From: Camelus dromedarius
Taxonomy: Eukaryota
Reading direction: 5' to 3'
DNA: 64,000 bases
NCBI RefSeq assembly: GCF_036321535.1
Contig: NC_087436.1
Span: 51,958,001-52,022,000 of the forward strand
A program made the translations under genes and the position numbers. The notes under the pieces were generated by a model. That model saw only the letters and a program-made list of their open reading frames with translations. It made no database searches and was not told the origin of the DNA. Position 1 is the first letter of the stretch. Each line of letters opens with the position of its first letter. Of this stretch, positions 38,801 through 51,344 are shown piece after piece.

Positions 38801-41188
38801 CGCAGTTGGATAGTGAGACTGGGGTTGTGTGGTGCTCAGGGCTGTGAAATGTCCTCGTCAGTCTGTGAGCCTTCTCTTTTGTATAATCAGATTGCATTTC
38901 TTTTTCTCTTTTTAAAAGCCTTGATGGGAATCCTTTTTTTTTTTTTTTTAAATCCATTTAAACAAGTGTGGAGAGAGTCCTCTCCAATCTCATTAAGTTT
39001 CATTAGATTTCTGTGAAATACATGCAGGCTGACAAGTTGTGATAGTCCCAATTTCATAGGTAGAGTCAGTTTCTCTCCCTTTTCTTTTTTGTCAGCGAGG
39101 TGTATAAAATGATGACATAGCTTGGACATGATTTCAAATAATTTCCTTTAAAGCTGTTCTCACAGAGCCACGTGTTTGGCATCTCTAAACATTTTACAGG
39201 CAGGCACCATGGTGCAGAATAGAGAGTTCTGACTCTGGGCTAGTTAAGCATGGAATCAGTCCATAGTAACCAGTTGGATACTAAACTACACTGGATTGAA
39301 TGTGGTACAACTTCAAGAAACAGCTATTAAAATATAGTAATCTCTTTTAAAATACAGGAAGTGTGTGTCGCATTACAGAACAGGATCTATTCTCTCTTGT
39401 ATTCCTGCGTGACTTTAGCGTGTGCCTGTGTAGGTGAGCTGTTGACTTCGCTCTCGTTTGCCTGGAGACAGCATACTCTTTGCTTGTGCTGTTAGTCAGT
39501 CCACAGTAGCACTATGGGAGGAAATGATTTCTCACTTCCTCTTATTCCATGGACTTGATTAAAGTGAACATGGTATGTCCTCTCAGTTGTACACTCTGTG
39601 TCCCTCCTCCTTTGTATGCTGTTTCTGGGTTGTTCAACTTGCAGATTGAAGAGGTTAATTATATAGCCTCCCTGTTTCACTTTTCTCTCATTAACATTAA
39701 AAAAGATGATTAAGCAACAAAAATAGGAGATCCTGTGGGAGTGTATAGACTCTAACTTACTTTTGTGTGGTGGAGGGTAGATTTTGTCTGGTGGAGAGTA
39801 AAGAAATGCATATTATTGGAGGTTGGCTCTGGTGTGTGACTATTCTCCAAAAGGTATTTTAAGAACATAAACTTGAATACGGGAAGCATGTTTTTTAAAT
39901 AACACATTGAAACTAAACATCAGATAGTTTAAAGGCAGAGTGACTAATGTGTTCCTCTAATGTTTCAAATGTTACCAATATTTGGAAAATGTTGTAATCT
40001 TGCCTTTGGCATAGGGAAGCCAGCATCTTTGTCAGTAAGAGACTGTGATCCAACCATCATGAGATAAAGCATCTTTGATCCTATACAAAAAATACCAGAG
40101 CCTTATCATATAAATCAAAACTATTGTCTTCCTTTGAATCCACTTTTTTTCTTTCAAGAATTAAGAGTTTTGAACTGGAAAGTGTATTAGCTATTTCTTC
40201 ATCAAAGATTCAGTGATTGAGAAAAGTGAGGGTTGGAAAAATTAAAGAACCACCGAAGACTACACAGACATCAAGGAAGGAGCTGGTATTTGATTAAGGA
40301 TATCCAGGTCCTGGCCAAGAATGATTGATTACCCATTACGCATTTCCACAGCTCTGTTCTGTAACTCAATGTGCTGTTTCTCAGCCTAGAGCTTATATTA
40401 GTGGTTCCAAGTGGATGGTATTTTCCATATCCTCTGGTGTTCGAACAAGAGCATGTGCTGTGTCTGTGAGGATGTGTGTGCACTCATGCGTGCATTAGTG
40501 TGGTACAGTGTGTGCATGTGTGTATGGTGTAAGGGAGTCAGGACAGTGGTGGGAGTTGGGCAGTTTTAGGAAAATGAGCAGAAGGGAAAATCAGAGAAAG
40601 ATTCATCTAGTGTGTAGGCTGCTGAAAGCTGGGATATAAGATAAAATGGTTGTTTTAAATGTTTTCCAGATTTTTGAACCGGTCTTGATTTAGAGCTGCC
40701 ATCAAGCTTTCTGCCCACTTTAACCCAGTAATATTCCATTGCATGAACTGCTTCTGTATTAGTGGATAATACGGTACAGATTCAGAGGCAGCAGAAGCCC
40801 TTGTTCAAGGATCAGAAACAGATTTCTTAATTTAATTCTGATAATGACACATACAGATAGTCTGGAAGTCATGTGAATCCATGATATGAGAAATGGATGG
40901 AGAATCCAGTTTTACTTTTTTTTTTTTTTTTTTTATTAAGCGTAACTTTTTCTTCCTGAACAATCTCAAGCACATGGAGTGATTAAACTTCATTTCTGTT
41001 TTCTGGTACTTATGTCCCCCAGATTTGATCTTTTCTGTTTTTCTTCAGAACTTTTAAATTCAACGAGTAGCATATAAATTTTGAATTGGAGATCAGTAGT
41101 TTAAAAAAAAATTAGCTTCCTGGCTATCTCACATAAGTGTGTTTTGTGTCTTAATTAACTGTGCTGATTTCTGGATGAAGAAACTTTT

Positions 41189-41361
41189 TTAATTTATTAT
41201 TATTTTTTTAATTAAAGTATAGTTGATTTACAATGTGTTAATTTCTGGTTACAGAATAGTGACTCAGTTATACATATATATATTCTTTTTCATAATAGGC
41301 TATTACAAGGTTCTGAGGATAGTTTACTGAGCTATACAGTAGGACCTTGCTGTTTATTTAT
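41189..41361 (-). mobile_element. Artiodactyl-type LINE-1 3' end, heavily 5'-truncated
   Basis: T-rich tail then 'aagtatagttgatttacaatgtgttaatttctgg...gtgactcagttatacatat...gctatacagtaggaccttg', the reverse complement of the type seen at 46022-46273. Confidence 0.9.
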
Positions 41362-41400
41362 TTCTACAGCCATACCACCCTGAATGTACCCGATCTCATC
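41362..41400 (+). pseudogene. 5S rRNA 5' fragment (nt 1-39) retrocopy
   Basis: TTCTACAGCCATACCACCCTGAATGTACCCGATCTCATC vs mammalian 5S GTCTACGGCCATACCACCCTGAACGCGCCCGATCTCGTC: 33/39 identical, five of six differences at CpG positions. Confidence 0.9.
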
Positions 41401-42399
41401 CAAAGTAACTTTTCATAGGGATGCAGAGATTTGCCTCATTGCAGGAAGTAAAGCCTAGGTCATCTCTTTTCCCTCTACCACACCATCTCCTGGTAGGAGG
41501 AGCCTTGCTTAAGTACACTCCCGTGGAGCCTCTGCAGGTTCATACGTGGATAACTTGGACCTGGGGCAAGCATCCATATTGGTTTGGATTCTTCTAAGGC
41601 TAAAACACAGTAATTCTATCCTTAGGTTTGTTTTTTTTTTTAAGTTTTAGAAAGGGTTTCTGAATATTACCAATATTGCATTTAAAGAAATTAATTGAAA
41701 ATAGTTGACTTATTCATGAAACATATTTCTGATGTTTCTCTTTATCCTTTTGTGTCTTTGGCTTACCCAAATCCTGGTTTTCTTTTTACATTTTTACCTA
41801 TTTGCATATCTGACTTCCCAGCATTCCAGATTTAAATTCAGACCTGATTTAAATTCAACCTGCTTATTTCTTCTTCAGCCCAGGCAGAAATCTGAACAAG
41901 GAGGGGAAAAAATGTAAAGCTGCCCATCAGACATGTAATGGGCCTCTCTAATAGACCTGATTGAATTGATTACTCTAGCAATTTACCCAGTGGAATAAAA
42001 AGTGTAAGGCACTCATCATTTAGCTATAAATTTATTCGTTGCAAAGAGCCACATCCCATTAATTTTATGTAATTTGGTAATTCCCAGTAGCTGCTGCTGA
42101 AGTATGTGTTCCCCCTTGGTTTTGTGTAGTGATGTTCTCTGGAGAGAGAACTCTATTGTGAATGTAAAGTTTAAAGGGCCAAAAGATTTTCAGAGCATTC
42201 ACAATTTGAACTGATGCTTTGATTCTGCTTATATTCTCACTCTTAGAAATGCTTTCCTCTGCTGTATTTCCACATCCAAGTATGTATAGAACTGTAGTGT
42301 AAAATGATGCACAAACTAGTTGTTCCTATGTTCCAGTAGCTCCCCAAAGAAGCGGTTGCTGCAGCCTCCTTTTACCCTAAACCTCCTTAATCAAACTAT

Positions 42400-42542
42400 T
42401 TTATATTAATTTTTTTATTCTTAAAAATCTGAGGTGGGTAATTAGGTTTATTTGTTTATTTTTTTAATGGCGGTACTGGAGATTAAACTCAGACCTCATG
42501 CATGCTAAGCAAGTGCTCTACCACTGAGCTATATCCTTCCCC
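42400..42542 (-). mobile_element. tRNA-derived SINE, vic-1-like
   Basis: 'gacctcatgcatgctaagcaagtgctctaccactgagctatatccttcccc' is the reverse complement of the head of the other three copies. Confidence 0.9.
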
Positions 42543-43135
42543 TCCGTACATTCACCTAAGATCCACCTGATGTAGTGCACAGTAAAATGTGTTTGAGCCC
42601 ACCACCAGTGCCACCACAAGGGAGCTACGTTTTAACTTTTATCATGCCTAAAGAGTGAGATTTTGGACTGGCTTGCCATGTATATGGAATCCCTGTTGTA
42701 ACTGATTACCTGAAGGAATGGTGATTTTGACAAGTTAGTTTTAGCCAGTGTTGGAATATCACCTTCTTGTACTGAGTGCCTATTCTGTGTACAAGGCCCA
42801 TAGCAGCTTTGAACCTTAGTATGTCTTCATGTGTCTTCATATTTTATCTTAACATATGATATATAATAGATATTTATCTTAATATATGATTGGAGAAGAG
42901 TTGGTAAAGCAGAGGTGAATCATCATTTTTTGCATTTTCCTATCTACGCATGAATTTGTGTTTAACTATCACTCTCATGTTTACTGTTGACTTGCTTTTC
43001 TCCATTGCTGCTTCTCGCTTCCAAACTGTGATAATTAAATATCCTAACTCGCTCTAGAGCCTCTCCTATACTTGGGTAGAATTATTTTCTTCTGGAATTG
43101 CTTTTCTTCTCTTTGTAAACACAGAATTTTGTATT

Positions 43136-43164
43136 ATTTATTATTGTTGTTGTTGTTGTTGTTA
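43136..43164. repeat. (TTA)n/(TTG)n compound microsatellite
   Basis: 'ttattattgttgttgttgttgttgttatt'. Confidence 0.75.
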
Positions 43165-44667
43165 TTCTTTTGCCTCTTGTTATGTTTGTATGCTTTAAAT
43201 TAGACTATTGAGATGTTGACATTACTGAGAAAGAGGAAGGGAGTAATCCGCAGTGCCATCAGAGTGCGTTAGTGCTTTAAGGAATGATAGTAAACAAAAT
43301 GTTTAAATTTTGTTGGAAAGTAGAGTTGAGTGAGACTGTTACTTTTTACAAAAATGACTTATTTATTTGCTTCTGACAAGAGTGAGATGTTTGTATTTGC
43401 ATATAACAAAGTGCAAGGGAGCCAAACAGCCTAAGTGACACACAGAACCTCTCCCAGTTACTGGCAGGAATGAATGTTTGTTTAAAGTTCTGCTGATGGG
43501 ATCCAGTAACTCCTCACAACCTGTTTCCTGACCTTCAATAAACTTTCTTTGAATATAGCATTTGTAGATGGAGAAAGTTAATTTGATTGTCAGCCATAGA
43601 TGTGTATGTTTCAGTTATGCTAGGGCGTACTGGCAAATGGGAGAATGGTTATGTTAGAGTTTTGATCCTAAAAATAATTCTGAGTCATCAAAGTGCCAGT
43701 AAAGTAATAATTGTGTAAGACATTCGAAACGTCTTAGGTCAGGGAGAGAATTAAGTCTCAGAAGGCTAGTTGAGGGATAGATGATAGGATGTATTTGAGA
43801 ACATAATTCTAGTTTCTGGTGAGCAAAGTAGATTCTCTTTTTACATCCATTAAAATTGAAGTGCTTCCCACCAAAACAATTAAGATTCTAGCTTGTGGTC
43901 TGAGATAAATATTGATTTTTTAAGTAGAAAAACTATGATTTTTGAATCCCAACTCTTTAAGCTATGCACTTTAAGAGTGTCAATAGCCCCAGGATATAAG
44001 TATTTTATATGAAGGAAAATAAGCTTGAATGTATTTCCCGCACCTCCATTTTTAAAATTTTCCTTGTTTTCATCTTCAAACTAAAACTTTCTTCATTATA
44101 TATTCATTTTCTATCAGTTTATATACTAAATTAGAATTATACTCAAAAGTTTATAAGCTACTCTTTTAGCTTAAAGGTAAGATATTAACTTGTCTTAATG
44201 AGACTGAATTCTTTATTTCTTGAATTAAATCATTTTGGCCTGTGAGGAAATATTAGGTCTATTCTTAAGGAAAAAAAAGTAGTTGGGTGTGGAGGTTTAA
44301 AAGAAATGAACTGGTCCAAGACATCTATTTTAACCTCACATTATTTTCATTATAAAAAGAAAAATAATTTTCTTGAGATACCTATAGAATTAATGTCATC
44401 AGCCTTTTAAATGGTTTGCAGTCTCAGAGTGAAGAATAAGATATTAAGTCAGTTCAGGTAGTAATTATTTTTGTTTGACTACTTAACATTAAATACAAAA
44501 TAGTGAAATGAAATGATGACTGTGTTTTTAAAGCTTGTTCACACATCTTTATTATCAATTTAACTGCTGGTTTATGCTTTAGGATGTGTTCTTCTTTAGA
44601 AAGAAGATATGTATGGATCTAGTTAGTGTCAAAGTCATTCATTTATTCTACAGTATTTGTTGGGTGA

Positions 44668-45041
44668 TGTCTTAGGGGCGAGTTGCTGGGAAACAGAGTA
44701 GGATTTGTGTGTAGGAAGTCTACTGGTGAGCACTCTCACGGCCTACACTGTGGGGGTGCTGAAGAGAGTGAAAATTGGAAAGAGGGAGATGTTGAACCAT
44801 GATAGATGTGTGAGCTGATCCTATTGTGAGCTCTGGATCTAGATGGCCCTTCAGAGTTGTCCAGAATGGAGGCGAGACGACTGGACCTGTGCAGTCCTGC
44901 ATTGACCAGAGAAATGGTGCACATTTGAGTGATGCAGTTGTGAGTAGTCAGCAGCCAGTATCCTTGGAAGCTGGGGGAAGGAGAGCCTTGATTCAGAAAG
45001 GAGCTGGGGGATCTGGGCAACACACTAAAGTATCTACTACA
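44668..45041 (-). mobile_element. LTR16C-like ERVL solo LTR inserted in an L2 3' end
   Basis: TG...CA ends (tgtcttagg ... atctactaca); 'gagctctggatctagatggcccttcagagttgtcc' and 'gggggatctgggc' match reverse LTR16C; flanks are L2-like. Confidence 0.85.
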
Positions 45042-45669
45042 GTTGCCTACCAAGACTCTGACTTTGATCTAGGCAGTGGGGACATCACAGAGCAAAAGCA
45101 GACATGATTATTCTTTCAAGAATTTGAGCTCTATTCAAAACCTACAAAAACGAAAGCAAACTTGTGGTCGTTACAGACCTAATACATGGTATTATGAAGG
45201 CCTAAATTAAGAAGCTAAGAATCTGTTAGGATTAGTATGGATAAAATACTTCTAAAATATATGTTGATGGTAGTGAACCTAATCTTTAAGTAAGCTCATT
45301 GCTGGTTTGCCTTCTCTAATATAAACTTGTCTTGTATTATGTTTTTTATGCTTTCTTGTGTGGACTTTGTTTAACTACTCAATAATTGAATCTCCACATT
45401 AAGACCCAAGTCCTCCACTCCCCAAATTCTGGATAAAGCTAATTCGGATGAGTCAGATAACACAATGATAATGTTATATTTACTCACTCACAGGAAACTG
45501 TTACCATATGCACATAGATCTAATTAGTTGGGAAACCACAATTGCAGTTGTGGTATTTTCTGCTGGATGTGAACAAACTAATAGAAAAAGGGTAGCCAAT
45601 GAAGGAGGACTTCTGAGGCTGCTTTTTTATAATAATTATTACTAAAATAATAATGACTATTCTGATTAT

Positions 45670-45900
45670 AATGATCCAGTTGCCAAGTGCTTTATATAGA
45701 TTATTTTATTTAATTCTTATTAGTCTACTGTTCTAAGAGGTTTACACAAATTATGTGATATAATCTTCATAATATCTCTAGGAAATAAGTTCTATTCTTA
45801 CCCCAACTTTACAGGTGAGAACACGAAAACTAGAATCTTTATAAAATTAGTAAGCAGAAGAGCCAAGATTTTAAAAACTGACATTCTGACCCCAGAGCTT
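45670..45900 (-). mobile_element. MIR fragments
   Basis: 'tgccaagtgctttatatag', 'tattcttaccccaactttacaggtgagaacac', 'tagtaagcagaagagccaagatt'. Confidence 0.65.
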
Positions 45901-46021
45901 TCCTTAGAGACATATTGATTATGCTTATTTGAAATAATGTGTTGGTAATAGAAAAATCAGGGGTGGTTGAAAAAAATATTCAGATTCAGGGGAAAAGAAA
46001 CAATTTTAAAAAATGCTCCCC

Positions 46022-46273
46022 TCTCATAGATACAGAAAACAAGTTACCTTGTAGAGAGGAAAGAGAGGAGGGGCAAGGTACGGGTATAGAATCTAGAGAT
46101 ACAAACTACTGTGTTTAAAATTGATGAGCAACAAGGATACATTTTACAGCACAGGGAAATATAACCATTATCTTGTAATAACTTTTAATGGAGTATAAGC
46201 TATAAAAATACTGACTCACTAGGCTGTATACCTGAAACTAATGTAATATTATAAATCAACTAAGCTTCAATTA
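46022..46273 (+). mobile_element. Artiodactyl-type LINE-1 3' end with TSD
   Basis: 'ctcatagatacagaaaacaag...gagatacaaactact...caacaaggatac...cagcacagggaaatata...gctgtatacctgaaactaatgtaatattataaatcaacta'; flanks aaaaatgctccc / aaaggtgctccc. Confidence 0.9.
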
Positions 46274-46329
46274 ACAAAGGTGCTCCCTTGCCTTATACCG
46301 ATGGTGAAACATAATAAATGTATCAAGGC

Positions 46330-46935
46330 AAGAGTTTAGCCACCATCAGTTCCCGTGTTTGCTCCTCACTCTCATTCTCCACATGGCAAGGAGAGACAGC
46401 GATTGAATCTAAGCAGTCTCCTACCTAAACTCTTCAATGGCTCCCTGCACTTGAACATATATTCTTTGATGCCTACTTCTTCAACCATAGATGGTGTCCC
46501 CACCCCAGCCCCCTTCAACTTTGCTCATCAACAAGATTCTTTCAGTTCTTCTAAATGCTAAGCTCTTTCTCACCTCAGGCTTCTGCTCTTGCTGTTTTCT
46601 TTGCCTAGAACATTCTTCCTTCTGCTTTTCACATGACTGAGTTTTTCTCATCCTTCAGGTCTTGACTGAAATGTCACTTCCTCAGCAGAGCCTGCGTGAC
46701 CATGCTATTGAAAGCTGATTTCCCCTTTTACTCTCTTTGTACCCCCTTTCATTCATTGTTCTTGCCATCATTCGTGCTTATTTTATTTGCTCCTTTGGTT
46801 ACTTTCATCTAGATACTCTACAGTACTACAGATGCTGTGAGTCCAGGGCTGGTGTCTATCTTATTCCCTTTGTTTTATCAGTGTCTGGCCCTGTGCCTGG
46901 CAGGGTTCATGTTCTTTCTGTGTTATTTGAATGAA
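46330..46935 (+). mobile_element. L2 LINE 3' region
   Basis: 'aaactcttcaatggctccc', 'ttgcctagaacattcttcc', 'aatgtcacttcctcag', ending 'gtgcctggca...ttatttgaatgaat'. Confidence 0.85.
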
Positions 46936-48729
46936 TCATCAGCTGTGGTAATACAGTGGTCTTATATAGTCAAGTCATGGCAAATTAACTTTTTAACTCA
47001 CTGTCTTTTTTTAGATCCTTTCAAGCTAAAACATAGATTTAAATTTAAATCCAGAAAAATGGTCAATTTTATTGGAAAGTCATGTGGACCCTGCACAGTG
47101 CAAAGGATATATTATTACTAAAAGAGTTAATGGTCATTTTAGTTAAATGTATTAACCTTCTCTGTAACGTCAGTGGGGGAAGTTCCTTGCTACATATAAA
47201 GTAAAACAATTTTAGACAAGTTGGCTGTCAAAAACAATTATACTGTGTTATTTGGGGATAAATATTAGTTATATAAGAAACTGCTACCAAGAAGAAATCT
47301 GATTATTTCAACTAGTTGTTAACTAAAATACTAACGTGTTTACTGAGCATCTTAACAGGCTTTAGGGATTTGGCAGAGAAATATAAGCAACCCCTGCCCT
47401 CATGAGTCTTATAGTCTAGTTCAGGGAGAAGGTTTTAATTAGCAGTCATTCTCCATTACACATGATTTTATATTCATGTTAGTGCTAACACTGATGCAAA
47501 TGCATGCATTGTGTATCTGTATATGTGTATGTCCATATATATAATTCTGCTTTTGTGTGTGTATGAATAGGTCTGGTAACCCTTTCAAAATATGAAGTGG
47601 AGTAGATTGAAGCTGATTGGTAGGGAGAATGGTCAACCTCAGTAGTGTTCTTTGAGTCCCAAATGAGATGCCTTCAAAAAGTCATTTTCATTTTGATTTT
47701 CTTCTAAGGCACTTCAGCCCCCCCAGCCCCCAAAATGAGTTAGACAGACTTAGCTTGTAAAAGGGTTTAGTTTCTTGAATTGTATGAATTATGTATAATT
47801 TGGGCAGTTTAAATTCAGGTATATACTTTTTAAAAAGTTTTATTATTTTGATCATATCTCACAGAGCATCTTTCATGCATTAATAATTTATATGTTAAAA
47901 AGTCGACTTTTCTTAACGTTCATTCACTAGTAACATATGTATGACTGAAAAGTTTGTTGTAAACAAAGCCTGTTTGCAGTAAATATTTGTAAATAACTCC
48001 ATTGAAGTCTTCCCATTTCTTTTAAGCAAATGAATTCTTTGCTGGTTTAATAATTTTGGAATAATATTCTGACTCTCTGAGTTCATGATTAGAAAGCAAA
48101 CCAGAGGATAATTTGGTTTTCAGGCAAAAAGCTATGACTCAGTGAAAGGTAATCATGCCATGCTAATATTTGTCTTTGTACATTTTTCACTTTGAACATG
48201 TAAATTTCTTGCTGCCCTAACTATTAACTGCCTTAACTCATGTTAAAATGGATGGGCTTTCCATTACTTTTAATAATTTGCCAAGCAATTTAGTACCAAT
48301 TTGCAATACAAAAAATAAAAATTGATGAGTAGGAACTTTACTTAACCTAAAGCATTTCATTAAAACAGACCTGAAAATTTCTGGATTAGGACTTAACAAA
48401 ATTTTCATTTGAGTTAAATTCTTAATAATTTAGTTCATTTTATTTAATTTCTTGATGTTTAAACTCACACATAAAGGCCAGTTAACTTGATGATAGAAAA
48501 TAAAAAATAAACATTGTAGACTAAATTCCCTAAATTACAGGGTGGATTTTCAAAAGACTTTTTAGCGTATATTTATTTACAATTTTCCTTAAAATATGCA
48601 GACCAAAAAAAAAAAAAGCATTATTCTAAAGTATTATAGAAAATCAAATTGTTAAAGGCATACATTTATTTTCTCTTCAAAATGTTTCTGATTTACTTTT
48701 AGTTTACTTCCATATAAAGGGAGAAGCTG

Positions 48730-48856
48730 AAGTTTCAGCTTGCTATGTCAAGTGGGGAGACTTTTCTAAGGTTTTAGTCCTTTAGAAAGGATGTTTCCCT
48801 GCATCAGGGAAACATCCTCCCCACTTCCATGCAATCCAGGATGGTTGGCTACTCTA
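48730..48856. mobile_element. MER81-like hAT-Blackjack relic with internal inverted repeats
   Basis: End 'gcaatccaggatggttggctactcta' resembles the MER81 terminus GCAAACCGGGACGGTTGGTCACCCTA; internal 'ggttttag' and 'gggaaac' anchors. Confidence 0.5.
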
Positions 48857-50464
48857 ATGTCAAGTTTAAAATCCTTTTTACCTGCTTACTGCCTTATTCA
48901 TGTTTCTAGATAGCCATTCTTTATGTCTGCATATGTTAAAATTTTTTTTAATATAAGTTATTGAAGATTCATTTATATTTTAGGTATAGTGACTTCAAGT
49001 TTACTTATTGGCAAGGTGGCCTTTCTTTTGAAAGTAGGCATAGGTTTAAAAAAAAAACAAACCAAAAAAACCCAGACCTTATATTTGGAATTCACGTTGA
49101 GTTTAGATAGTTTATTTTGGGAGAGAGCAGCATAACTGACAAATAAATGAATAAATAAGAAATAAGAAATTAAGAGATAATGAGGTAGTTGTGAGTTTTA
49201 AAATGTCATTGTGATGTTTCATGTTGACAACATCGCCTGGAAGCAGGATGTCAATTTACATTCAAATCCTTCAAATGAATGTGAGGAAAGCAGCCTGATT
49301 TTATTTCATTGTTAAGTTTAAGTAATCAGCATTTTAATACACATTAGTAAATGTATAGTGTGCTTCTTGTATTTACTGAGGATTTCTTTTCTGCTGTTGG
49401 AATACCAGAATATATCCTATTAAAAATAGACTAACATCAGTTTTTAAAATTGACATTTTCAGAATCAATGAACAAACACAATAGTAGTATTTTTTACATA
49501 AGATCATGAAATGAATTTAAACTCAAGAGTGTTAGGAAGGAGGTTTTATATAGAAATTAAAAAGCGGCAGATATTCCCTTTTCTATGAAGCTGATCTGTG
49601 GTGGGACCAGCAAGCAACTCAAAGGAAAGCATATAAATCAGCTCGTAAGTGTTTGGTGTACATGTGGTCAGTCATAAGATATTGAGACCAAAACTGACTC
49701 ATGTGTGAAGGAATTAGAGATGACCAGAAGGTCCAAAGTCTCCCAACAAGAGAGTAAGCATTTATCACTATTGCATATGCTCTTGGTTATTTTCTTTCGT
49801 TCCTAGTATTGTCACTTTGAGTGAAATAGCTACAATTATTTTTAAAGAAAAAAAAGAAACTAACCCTATTCAGTGGCCAAAAATTATATCCTAAATCCTG
49901 GAAGGCTATATTAAAAAAAAAAAATGTGTGCCATTGGTCCCAGGAGGAACCAAATGGCTCAGTCAGCACAATTCATCATTACTACTGGAAAAAATAACTC
50001 AGCATGCCTGCTCTGCTCGTGGTGAGTCAGTGGCATCATATTCATATACTGACAGCACTTTTTTCTTTTTAGGAATTACCCTTTCCATCCTGAGCCAAAG
50101 CACATGGGCAGTAAGATTAAGTTAGCTACCAGTGTTCCAAAGAGCAAAGGCTGATGTGTTTATTTTAAATTAGTAATTCACTCAAAAATGTTGAGTAAGG
50201 TTGACCTTAGGTGCTCAGGTGATGACCGAGGTCCATCTGATATGGGTCTTAACCTTGGGGAGCTTTTGAGTCCTAGAGAAAATATGAAATACACTATTTT
50301 TTTTTTTTAGCATAGAATGCTGAGTGAGTTACAGGTAATATGAAATGGTAATTCAGGAGGGAATGAGCATTCTGGTTGGAAGGGGTTCTTTTATTTATTC
50401 GGCAATGTGATTCCTACTGTGTCCTGGTAGGAATTTTTAACAAGGAGATTTCAGTATAGCTCTG

Positions 50465-50645
50465 GTTGATCCAATAATCTATCAAAAATTTATTGAACAC
50501 CTAGAATAAATGAGATATTTAAGAGAATGAGAGATGACTAACACACAGTTTAAGTTTTATAGGTAAATCATGGTCCAATGGAGGGAGACAGACATGTAAC
50601 AAGTATTTATAGCAAGCTATGTAAGTATTATAATGCATGTGTAAA
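50465..50645 (-). mobile_element. L2 3' end (antisense)
   Basis: 'tcaaaaatttattgaacaccta...tggtccaatggagggagacagacatgtaacaag'. Confidence 0.7.
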
Positions 50646-51344
50646 AGATACCATCTTTTGCCTATGGTGTGTTATAAATGTGCTTTAAATATCTATGTAT
50701 CTTTTTGGTCAAAGCCTCTAGCACTAGATTTATTTCAAATTGTAAAACGTCTACCACATTATCTAGTAAGTAAAGCTAGTCTTTATTTGTCAAACCAATA
50801 AGCCAAATCAGACTTAACTTTTGGTAAGAAAAACTTTGACTTCATTTTTCAGTTTAAATAAACTATACCTCTTTCCCCAAGCATCTCATTTCTGATTTCT
50901 AATTCTAAGTTAGGTGGACTGAGAGATTAACAGTCTGACCTATAGTAGATAATGGCATGGAATCTGGCTATGAGTTAGTGGCCAGATGAACCAAGATTCT
51001 GCCTTTCACATTTCTTACTTGGTTCTTACAGGACTCTTTCTCCAGACTAGAGCTCTGAGTTGGCTTCAGGTGCTGGGTGATCTGGAGGTTTTTAAGCCCT
51101 GAGCAATGCATCCTTATAAGATTTGTAAAGTAGAGTAGAACAATTGTGAAAGAAAAGGGGTTGGGGGTGGGTTTGGATGGGAAAGAAGAACCAAAGTGTT
51201 TTCAGGATGTTTTTTCCTTTTGAGAAAGAGGAGATTTGGGAATTGAAGATCTGGGAACTGATTCTTACAAAATTATCCATACCCATGTGCACCTTGGAAT
51301 AACTTTGTGTATTGAAAATGCTTCATAAATGACAAGTTATGAAG

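Noticed and set aside
41362..41400. Functional 5S rRNA gene
   Set aside because: Only 39 of ~120 nt, lacks the internal control region, and shows CpG decay.
42821..42890. Direct repeats tttatcttaa(c/t)atatgat with a spacer
   Set aside because: Only two copies in a eukaryotic genome; a local duplication, not a CRISPR-like array.
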